Of a stretch of DNA of 64,000 nt, positions 20,336 to 27,333 are shown in pieces. This DNA is from Baaleninema sp. GTDB taxonomy: Bacteria; Cyanobacteriota; Cyanobacteriia; Cyanobacteriales; Geitlerinemataceae. The stretch covers positions 23,502 to 87,501 of the forward strand of contig NZ_JBNGCO010000001.1 of NCBI RefSeq assembly GCF_049974805.1. The letters are read 5' to 3'. Position numbers and translations under genes: made by a program. The number at the start of each line of letters is the position of its first letter. The stretch's first letter is position 1. The notes beneath the pieces are model-generated. The model saw only the letters and a list, made by a program, of their open reading frames with translations. It searched no databases and was not told the DNA's origin.

Positions 20336-20781
20336 GTAATTATTTTGAGAGATTTGCACGTCAGTTAGCCCAAGATGCTTTCAAAAGAACAGGAGAATTA
20401 ATCATTGACGTTTGCCACGATCGAATCCCTGTTCTAAAACCCGCGATTGAAGAGTTACAGAATGGAACTCGTCGTTATCCTAAGTCAAAAACTTCCCAAA
20501 AGGAAAGAGTGATTCGCGATCGCTTGGCTGCAGGAATGTCTGGTAGTCGAACCGAAGTAAAAACTGCTACGGGAAAGATTGACATTCTGACAGCTTCTCA
20601 AGTAATCGAAGTAAAAAATGTTAGGCAGTATAAACACGCGATCGGGCAAGTTCTGAGCTACAGCCATTACTATCCCAAGCACGAACGATGTATTTACCTG
20701 TTTGGTAAAGTTTCTGCGAAACAGCGTAGATCGATTGAGAAGGAATGTAAGACGGCTAAAGTTACAGTTGTATTTGTGTAG
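20332..20781 (+). CDS. PD-(D/E)xK-type nuclease-like protein
   Basis: 149-aa ORF translationally coupled to the upstream gene. Motif E75...D84 (GKIDIL)...E93-V-K95 (VIEVK)...Q106 matches the restriction-endonuclease-like fold signature. Confidence 0.55.
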   Translation: MSNYFERFARQLAQDAFKRTGELIIDVCHDRIPVLKPAIEELQNGTRRYPKSKTSQKERVIRDRLAAGMSGSRTEVKTATGKIDILTASQVIEVKNVRQYKHAIGQVLSYSHYYPKHERCIYLFGKVSAKQRRSIEKECKTAKVTVVFV

Positions 20782-20888
20782 TTGCCTATTGTGTCTCATC
20801 ATTCAGTGCAGGGGACGGACGGGCGATCGCCGATCTTATAAGTTGGGTCGATCGATCCCGTAAAAGATTATTATCCGACAGGTACTCC

Positions 20889-21101
20889 ATGTGAATTACA
20901 CTCGATGTCGATGAATCCCTGGTCAGTGAAGCATTACAACTCACTAACCTGAGTACGCAAGAAGATTTGATAAAAGAAGATTTGATAAATCTTGCCTTGC
21001 AAGAACGGGTTTGATCGCGCCGCAAGAAAAACCTTCTCGACTTAGCCGGGAAAATTCAGTTCGCTTCCGAGTTTGATCGTAAGGCTCTACCTGCAACTCG
21101 T
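20889..21101 (+). pseudogene. Decayed VapB-type (DUF2191-like) antitoxin gene
   Basis: Reads M*ITLDVDESLVSEALQ, then a +1 shift, then LTNLSTQEDLIKEDLINLALQERV*SRRKKNLLDLAGKIQFASEFDRKAL. It has a stop at codon 2, one frameshift near 20940 and a TGA where the paralogue at 24.4 kb has CGA. Confidence 0.6.
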
Positions 21102-21172
21102 CTGTTTCAGGAGTCCGCGATCGCTTTTTGGCACGGTAAAATGGAGTAGATACACCGTTCCACGAGCGATCG
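21102..21172. repeat. About 70-nt dispersed repeat, copy 1 (second copy at 25221-25289)
   Basis: ctgt..ggagtccgcgatcgctttttggcacggtaaaatggagtagatacaccgttccacgagcgatcg. About 92% identical to the second copy over the 63-nt core. Confidence 0.75.
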
Positions 21173-21205
21173 CATCATGTCTGAAACCACCGAAAATCGG
21201 GGTTT

Positions 21206-21264
21206 GTAAGGGGTGGTCGGGGAGCCGCTGGCTTCAGACATGGGGAGGAACGACCACCCCTTAC
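21206..21264. other. Subterminal hairpin of the IS200/IS605 element
   Basis: Perfect inverted repeat gtaaggggtggtcg (21206-21219) / cgaccaccccttac (21251-21264), just downstream of the tnpA stop. Confidence 0.6.
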
Positions 21265-21289
21265 ATAGACAGCCGAGCGCAGCAGCGAG

Positions 21290-21703
21290 TCATTTGTTAT
21301 CTGCAACCCATTTCTGGTTTTCAATGTATTGCCTGACGATGGCGATAGGGGCACCCCCAACCGTTGCAACAAAGTAGCTGTTTGTCCAGAGGCTCGGCAG
21401 CCTTCGCTTCAACCAGGGGAACTCACTTCGCAGCAGCCTGGATGAGCGACCCTTTAGCTGCTTGACAATCCGGTGTATCCCAAATTGTGGGTCGCAGTCA
21501 ATAAGCAGGTGAACATGGTCAGGCATGACTTCCTGTTCAACAATTTCAAAACCCAGCTCTTCAGATAGCTCCAATGCAATTTGCTTGAATCGCTCGTCAA
21601 CACCATCCGTCAAAACCGGACGACGGTATTTTGGACAGAACACAACATGGTATTTGCAGCTAAATACAATGTTCTTGTTGCTTTTGTAGTTCCTTTGACT
21701 CAT
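21290..21703 (-). CDS. tnpA: IS200/IS605-family Y1 (HUH) transposase TnpA
   Basis: 137-aa ORF. HUH motif PDHVHLLI and catalytic Tyr region WTNSYFVATVGG. Confidence 0.95.
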   Translation of the reverse strand: MSQRNYKSNKNIVFSCKYHVVFCPKYRRPVLTDGVDERFKQIALELSEELGFEIVEQEVMPDHVHLLIDCDPQFGIHRIVKQLKGRSSRLLRSEFPWLKRRLPSLWTNSYFVATVGGAPIAIVRQYIENQKWVADNK

Positions 21704-21741
21704 TCGTGATAATATTAGATAGACTCTATCAATCTATCATC

Positions 21742-23340
21742 ATGCCCCGCAAGTCAACCCCAACATTTGTGACCGATATTCCTCTGGTGGTCACCCCATC
21801 AGAGGAGCGGGTGCTGCTGGCTCGACTGGAAGCAGGGCGTCAACTCTATAACGCCTGCTTAGGTGAGGCGATGCGTCGCGTCCGACTGGTGAAGCAGTCC
21901 AAGCTATTTCAATTCGCTCAGTCCCTCCCCAGGACGGTAGACGGTAGAGCCAACAAAACGCGCAGTGATGCGTTTAAGTTCGCCTGGGATGCGCATGAGT
22001 TCAGCGATTACGCGCTCCAGGGCTATGCAATCAAGATCCGTAATGGCGGCAATGGTTGGATTGGGGTGCATATTGATGCGGATACCGCTCAGAAGCTAGG
22101 CACCCGTGCGTTTCGTGCCGCTCGAAATGTGATGCTTGGACGCTCGAAGCGAGTCCGGTTTAAGGGCATCAACCAGATGGACTCCCTCGAAGGGAAGTCA
22201 AAGCGGTCACCGATGAAGTGGCAAAATGAAACCTTCATCTGGAAGGGGTTGGCGTTACAGTCCTACATCGACCGCAACGACCCGGTAATCCTGCATGGTC
22301 TGAACAGTCCCGTGAAGTATGTGCGCCTGGTCAGGCGAAAGGTAAACGGGAAGAACCTGTTCTATGCCCAACTCATCAATGAAGGAAAGCCTTTTCAGAA
22401 GCCAAAAAACAGGATTGGCGGTGATGTTGTTGGGGCAGACATTGGCCCATCAACGATTGCGGTGGTGGGAGAGGATGAGGCATTTCTGGAGCCGTTCTGT
22501 GATGCACTGGCCGACGCATCGAAGGTCATCGCACGACTGCAACGGCAGATGGCACGACAGCAGAGGGCGAACAACCCGGACTGCTTTGAGTCGTCCCGGT
22601 GTGACTTGCCCAAACCTGGGCAGAAGCACGGCAAGCGTAAGCTAGGTCGGTCTATCAAGGGGAAGAGGCACGTCAACCAATCGAAGCGCTACATGAAGAC
22701 CAGGACGCGCAAATCAAATATTGAACGGAAGTTGAGCGCTCACCGCAAATCGCTCCAGGGTGAGCTAGTGAACAGAATCTTGTCTATTGGGAAGTTCATC
22801 AACATTGAGAAGCTTTCCTATCGGGCATTGCAAAAGATGTTTGGTCGTTCAGTGGGTAAACGTGCCCCTGGAATGTTTGTCGAACGGCTGCGGCAAAAAG
22901 CTGAAAATGCTGGCGGCAGCGTCAATGAATTTCCAACCCAAACGACGAAACTATCCCAGCGCTGTATATGCGGACGCATCAACAAAAAGCCCCTCTCTCA
23001 ACGGGTACATGCCTGTGAGTGTGGGGTGGTGTCTCAGCGAGATTTATTCAGTGGATATCTCGCTCGGTTTGTCGATGCAGATGGCTGCTACCAAGCGGAA
23101 GCCGCTCGAAGCGGATTCCTGGGTGCGGACTCGCTCCTATGGTCGGCTTGGCAGCAAGCGGGAAACCAGTATAGACAATCTTCGATTGGCCGTCCTCGGA
23201 TTGCCAACGTTGCGGCAGTGCCAGCGTCAGAGAAGAACGACCGGGAAGCATGGTTGAACCCTGATAAGAGGCTGGATGGTGTAGGTCTATCCGAGAGCCA
23301 GTCAGAGTCAGGTGGATTCCATGAACCCCCGCCCTTCTAG
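21742..23340 (+). CDS. tnpB: TnpB (IS605 OrfB-family RNA-guided endonuclease)
   Basis: RuvC-I VGADIGPS, RuvC-II INIEKLS, zinc finger CICGRINKKPLSQRVHACECG, RuvC-III QRDLFSGY. The ORF opens at 21706, but the ATG at 21742 (MPRKSTPTF) is the likelier start. Confidence 0.9.
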   Translation: MPRKSTPTFVTDIPLVVTPSEERVLLARLEAGRQLYNACLGEAMRRVRLVKQSKLFQFAQSLPRTVDGRANKTRSDAFKFAWDAHEFSDYALQGYAIKIRNGGNGWIGVHIDADTAQKLGTRAFRAARNVMLGRSKRVRFKGINQMDSLEGKSKRSPMKWQNETFIWKGLALQSYIDRNDPVILHGLNSPVKYVRLVRRKVNGKNLFYAQLINEGKPFQKPKNRIGGDVVGADIGPSTIAVVGEDEAFLEPFCDALADASKVIARLQRQMARQQRANNPDCFESSRCDLPKPGQKHGKRKLGRSIKGKRHVNQSKRYMKTRTRKSNIERKLSAHRKSLQGELVNRILSIGKFINIEKLSYRALQKMFGRSVGKRAPGMFVERLRQKAENAGGSVNEFPTQTTKLSQRCICGRINKKPLSQRVHACECGVVSQRDLFSGYLARFVDADGCYQAEAARSGFLGADSLLWSAWQQAGNQYRQSSIGRPRIANVAAVPASEKNDREAWLNPDKRLDGVGLSESQSESGGFHEPPPF

Positions 23341-23350
23341 GGCTGGGGAG

Positions 23351-23619
23351 ATGTCAGAGCAGAACGGCAACATCTCATTGAGAGAATAAACGATCTACCT
23401 GATGAAGTGATAGGAGAGTTAGAAAATTTTCTGGATTACTTGCATTATAAAACAGCCCAGTGCAAGGAAATCGACAGTTCTCAGCAAAATGTCCTGCTCA
23501 GCATTGCAGGGTTAGGTGAGTCTGGACAACAGGACGTTTCTGAGTCTGATGAGGAGATTTTACGCAATGAAATCGATCCCATTTATGGCTGGAACAACCA
23601 GCCAAACGATCGCTCGTGA
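23351..23619 (+). pseudogene. DUF2281-like antitoxin gene with a 5' frameshift
   Basis: The ATG at 23351 gives MSEQNGNISLRE*. The next frame continues ERQHLIERINDLPDEVIGELENFLDYLHYK..., the typical antitoxin N-terminus. The stop overlaps the ATG of the following PIN gene. Confidence 0.55.
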
Positions 23620-24162
23620 TGGCAATACTCGACACAAGTTTTCTGTTTGCCTTAACCGATCGCAGCGATCGCAACCATCAGCGGGTACTGACTGTTGCTC
23701 AAAGTGCGAACGAGCCATTGGTGCTACCTGTCGTTGTTTTTGGGTCTCCGCCGTTTGCGGGGGAAAATGTATAGCAAAATACAAATACCTGGAGAATCGA
23801 GAGCCAAAACCCCTGAAATCTCGTGAAGTCAGTTTTTCTGTCACCCTAAACGGCGAAGAGCCTTGTTTTTCCTGAAGTTTGCTATCTCATTGCATCGAGA
23901 TTGGGACATCCAGCAATGCGCCGTTTTGTGTCCAGAATGACATCTGATGCGGTTCGAGTTGAGTCGATGACTACAGAAGATTTGGTGCGAGTGCATCAGA
24001 TATTGGAACAGTATTCTGATACTCAGCTTGATTTTACAGATGCGGCGATCGTTGCGATCGCAGAACGGCTAAATATCGCTCGCGTTTACACGCTCGATCT
24101 TCCTTCGAGATTTTTCGATCGTTCGTCCAAGCCATTGCGATTACTTTGAGTTATTCCCCTGA
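23619..24162 (+). pseudogene. PIN-domain (VapC-like) toxin gene disrupted by a MITE insertion and a 3' frameshift
   Basis: N-terminus MAILDTSFLFALTDRSDRNHQRVL...PLVLPVVV, then a 121-bp insert. It resumes EVCYLIASRLGHPAMRRFV...LDFTDAAIVAIAERLNIARVYTLD. The canonical C-terminus RDFSIVRPSHCDYFELFP is in another frame. Confidence 0.75.
23742..23862. mobile_element. 121-bp MITE with imperfect terminal inverted repeats and an 8-bp target-site duplication
   Basis: Left TIR is gggtctccgccgtttgcgggg. The reverse complement of the right end is ggctcttcgccgtttagggtg (about 17/21 match). Flanked by direct repeats ttgttttt at 23734-23741 and 23863-23870. Removing it restores LPVVVFPEVCYL. Confidence 0.7.
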
Positions 24163-24384
24163 ACAACCAGCTAACCCTGTAAAGCCGCGGACGGGTAACA
24201 GGCGGCACTTTCCGCTAGGCATCCTGTTGGTTCAGTTCTTTCCCCATCAGATAGCGATCGCACCTTTCGGTTAACCAATCTTTTCAAGTGAAAAATAGGT
24301 ATTGCCAGTCAGTAGATAGATTGAGAAACGCCATATTTAGCCGCCTGAAAACCTCAGCTAGACTAGAGCTATAGTCAATCCGTC

Positions 24385-24610
24385 AATCTAGCTTTGCACG
24401 AACGGGTTCGATCGCGCCGCAAGAAAAACCGTCTCGACTTAGCCGGGAAAATTCAGTTCGCTTCCGAGTTCGATCGTAAAGCTCTTCGCGCAACTCGTCA
24501 TGTTACCGATCGATACATCTGTTTGGATTAGCCTGTTTCGCGATCGCAGTGGTCGAGTTCGTCTGACCGAGAAGTTTGGAATGGATTCCACGGGATACAC
24601 TTGATGCATG
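24385..24610 (+). pseudogene. Remnant of a vapBC module: 3' part of vapB plus a truncated 5' part of vapC (PIN)
   Basis: ...NLALHERVRSRRKKNRLDLAGKIQFASEFDRKALRATRHV overlaps an ATG at 24500 giving MLPIDTSVWISLFRDRSGRV... (PIN N-terminus), which stops after 36 codons. No 5' half of vapB is present. Confidence 0.6.
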
Positions 24611-24897
24611 ATGGAAATTCGTCAAACATCGACTTATATTAAGTGGTTTGAATCCCTACGCGATCGCCAAGCCAGAGCGCGTATAGATATCGTATTCGTC
24701 GTTTATCGATAGGTAATCCAGGCGATGTTAAGCCAGTCGGTCAGGGTGCGTCAGAACTGCGAATTAATTATGGTCCGGGCTATCGAGTGTACTTTATACA
24801 ACGAGGTGAGACTTTGATTATCCTCTTGGCAGGAGGAGATAAACGAACTCAAAAACGAGACATTCAAACAGCATTAGATTTAGCAAAAGATTTATAG
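24607..24897 (+). pseudogene. RelE/ParE-superfamily addiction-module killer gene with a frameshift
   Basis: MMEIRQTSTYIKWFESLRDRQARARIDI, then a shift near 24700, then RIRRLSIGNPGDVKPVGQGASELRINYGPGYRVYFIQRGETLIILLAGGDKRTQKRDIQTALDLAKDL*. Confidence 0.7.
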
Positions 24898-24906
24898 GAG
24901 ATCCTC

Positions 24907-25197
24907 ATGGCTACCCTCAAAACCTATCCTTGGGATGCAGCAGAGCATCTAGAAACCCAAGAAGATATCGTTGCCTATCTCGAAGCTGCCCTTGAAGATG
25001 GCAATCCTAGCGTAGTGGTGGCTGCATTAGGCGATATTGTGCGTTCTCAAGGAATGACGCAGATTGCCCGTGAAACAGGTATAGAACGTGAAAGGCTCTA
25101 CAACGCTTTATCGAGTGAAGGCAATCCAGAGTTGGCTACAGTTCTGAAGGTTTTACAGGCACTCGGATTACGCCTCCGGGTTATACCGCTTGCCTAA
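24907..25197 (+). CDS. Addiction-module antidote protein (HigA-family HTH antitoxin)
   Basis: Intact 96-aa ORF, 9 nt after the killer pseudogene. HTH segment GMTQIARETGIERERLYNALS. Matches the family that pairs with the upstream killer. Confidence 0.8.
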   Translation: MATLKTYPWDAAEHLETQEDIVAYLEAALEDGNPSVVVAALGDIVRSQGMTQIARETGIERERLYNALSSEGNPELATVLKVLQALGLRLRVIPLA

Positions 25198-25220
25198 CAC
25201 TGCATTGGTGAAGGCTTCTC

Positions 25221-25289
25221 CTGTCGGGAGTCCGCGATCGCTTTTTGGCACAGTAAAATCGAGTAGATGCACTGTTGCACGAGCGATCG
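25221..25289. repeat. About 70-nt dispersed repeat, copy 2
   Basis: ctgtcgggagtccgcgatcgctttttggcacagtaaaatcgagtagatgcactgttgcacgagcgatcg. See copy 1 at 21102-21172. Confidence 0.75.
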
Positions 25290-25343
25290 AGTCCTCTCTC
25301 AAACAGTCGTTATTCTTGTTGTAACATTCTGAGGGTAGAAGCA

Positions 25344-25586
25344 ATGACTGAATTACTCGAACGGGCGATCGCGTAAGCGGTGCGTCGCACTATCGCGAAA
25401 TTGCAAGCCCGACCTGAAAGCGAGCAAAACGCGATCGCGACTATGATTTTAGAGGAAATTGAGGACGAGCGGCGGTGGGATGAAGCCTTCTCCCGTTCTC
25501 CAGATAGACTTGCGAAACTCGCAGCTTCAGCAATGGCTGAGTATCATGCTGGTGAAACCCAAGAACTCGACCCAGATAAGCTGTGA
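25344..25586 (+). pseudogene. Antitoxin gene interrupted by a 24-nt in-frame insertion carrying a TAA stop, followed by a truncated toxin stub
   Basis: MTELLERAIA*AVRRTIAKLQARPESEQNAIATMILEEIEDERRWDEAF... The insert taagcggtgcgtcgcactatcgcg ends in the same ATCGCG that precedes it. The downstream reading VKSRTTAQFRKLFVDLSKPVQV* stops after 22 codons. Confidence 0.55.
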
Positions 25587-25749
25587 AGTCACGCACGACT
25601 GCCCAATTCCGTAAGCTGTTTGTGGATTTGTCGAAGCCAGTTCAAGTTTGAATTGGCGAAAAATCAGCCAGTTAGCAGCGTGATAGATGACGATCGACCC
25701 TTCTAAGAAGCCGATTGTTTAAAGTAACGACAATATTTTTTGAGAAAGT

Positions 25750-27333
25750 TTGTCAGTGAAATCAAATCTTAAAAATATTTATTATTTCTCAACTATTTTT
25801 ATTATTTATTTGGGTATATTTTTTCGATTTTACGGACTCGATCGATCCATTTTTTGGGTCGATGAAGTCTCCACCGCTATTCGCGTTTCGGGATTCACTA
25901 AAGAAACCGTAATTCGAGAAATTTATAAAGATAAAACTTCCAATTTAGAAGAATTACAATTCTATCAAATATCGCCCCAAAATGCAAATTTTCGAGAAGT
26001 ATTTTCGGCGCTGTCGCAAAGTCCAGAACACGCACCGCTTTATTTTATTTTAACCCGATTTTGGGTCGATCGAGTTGGCGGAACGCCTGGGGCGATGCGA
26101 TCGCTGTCCGTCCTTTTCGGAATTCTGGCGATTCCCTGCGCTTATGCTTTAGCCTGGGAACTGTTTCAAACTCGTCTAGCTGCGAGTTTCGCCGCCGTTC
26201 TCATGGCAATTTCGCCGTTTCAAATTGGCTATTCTCAGGAAGCAAGACCCTATAGTTTGTGGACGGTGGCGGTGTTGTTGTCGGGACTGTTTTTGCTGCG
26301 GTCTCTTAAGTCTAACTCTGGGAAAGATTGGATAGGTTACGGCTTGAGTTTGACGCTGGCTTGGTATACCTCATTATTGTCGGGTTTGATGGCGATCGCA
26401 CATGGGCTTTTTGTTGAGATTTTCTCAGAAGAGAAGTCACCCCAGAAACACAGAAGACACAGAAAATTTTGGGTGGCGGTGGGGGCGAGTTTGGTTTTGT
26501 TTTCGCCGTGGTTGCTGGTGTTTCTGCGTGGTTGGGGACGGTTTCAGGAAAATACGACTTGGACGGGAGACGGGGAAAGTTGGGGGGCGATCGTGGGAAT
26601 TTGGATTTATAGTTTTATCGCGCAATTTGTGGATTTACCGTTTCCAAAAACGCCCTATATTCTTGTTTTGGGGAGTTTGGTGGCGCTTTGGGTGTTGGCG
26701 CTTATCGGTGTTTCTTTGGTTTGGGTGGTGCGCCGAACTTCTGCGAACACTCGGTCTTTTATTTTAATTTCTATGGTAACGCCACTGTTGATTTTAGGGG
26801 CGATCGATCTCCTCCGTGGCGGTCGGGTTTCGGCGACACCTCGCTATCTGGTTCCGTCCCTGGTGATGGTTCAAATGGCGGTGGCGGGTTTTTTGGGAAG
26901 CGGAAGGCTGGACAATTGGAAAAAGTCCGTTGCGGTGATGGTTTTGGTTTTGGGAATTGCATCGGGAATTCACAATCTAGACGCGGTTCCGATGTATCTC
27001 AAAGGTCGAAACCAACATAATCCGCCGATTGCAGAAATTCTCAATGATGCGATCGATCCGGTTTTGTACGCCGAACCCTCCCAAATCCCCGATTTGATGT
27101 CCTTGAGTCACCATCTCGATAATTCAGTCCGAATTGACTTCCTGACGCCAGAGGCGATCGATTCCGATATCGAAGGATTTCTCTTCAATCCCTCTCCCGA
27201 ACTTCTCGAAGTCTTACAACAAGAATCATCGAGATCGATGGCCGAAATCTACCAACCCCAACTCCTCACCCCCAACGACACCTATTTATCTCTGTGGACC
27301 GTCGTATCTGGCGAACCTTATCCCCAAAACTGA
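25750..27333 (+). CDS. GT-C fold glycosyltransferase (family 39 / ArnT-PMT-like polytopic membrane protein)
   Basis: 527-aa ORF with about 11 hydrophobic helices. First-loop motif SIFWVDEVSTA resembles the acidic DE loop of ArnT/PMT_2 enzymes. TTG start at 25750 (GTG at 25756 is an alternative). Confidence 0.7.
   Translation: MSVKSNLKNIYYFSTIFIIYLGIFFRFYGLDRSIFWVDEVSTAIRVSGFTKETVIREIYKDKTSNLEELQFYQISPQNANFREVFSALSQSPEHAPLYFILTRFWVDRVGGTPGAMRSLSVLFGILAIPCAYALAWELFQTRLAASFAAVLMAISPFQIGYSQEARPYSLWTVAVLLSGLFLLRSLKSNSGKDWIGYGLSLTLAWYTSLLSGLMAIAHGLFVEIFSEEKSPQKHRRHRKFWVAVGASLVLFSPWLLVFLRGWGRFQENTTWTGDGESWGAIVGIWIYSFIAQFVDLPFPKTPYILVLGSLVALWVLALIGVSLVWVVRRTSANTRSFILISMVTPLLILGAIDLLRGGRVSATPRYLVPSLVMVQMAVAGFLGSGRLDNWKKSVAVMVLVLGIASGIHNLDAVPMYLKGRNQHNPPIAEILNDAIDPVLYAEPSQIPDLMSLSHHLDNSVRIDFLTPEAIDSDIEGFLFNPSPELLEVLQQESSRSMAEIYQPQLLTPNDTYLSLWTVVSGEPYPQN

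Larger units (their letters stand above)
21173..23345. mobile_element. IS200/IS605-family insertion sequence with divergent tnpA and tnpB (ends approximate)
   Basis: Contains a Y1 HUH transposase and a TnpB, plus a subterminal 15-bp-stem hairpin at 21205-21265. The left limit is inferred from where homology to the 25.2-kb repeat copy stops. The right limit is inferred from the tnpB stop and the start of the next gene remnant at 23351. Confidence 0.6.

Noticed and set aside
21127-21160. TGGCAC...N...motif resembling a sigma-54 -24 element inside the 70-nt repeat
   Set aside because: There is no matching -12 TTGC at the correct spacing, and cyanobacteria are not known to encode sigma-54.
21073-21372. 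Small ORFs (87 aa +, 65 aa -) across the IS end
   Set aside because: They span the repeat copy and the subterminal hairpin of the IS200/IS605 element and overlap the tnpA 3' end. This region is better explained as non-coding element-end sequence.
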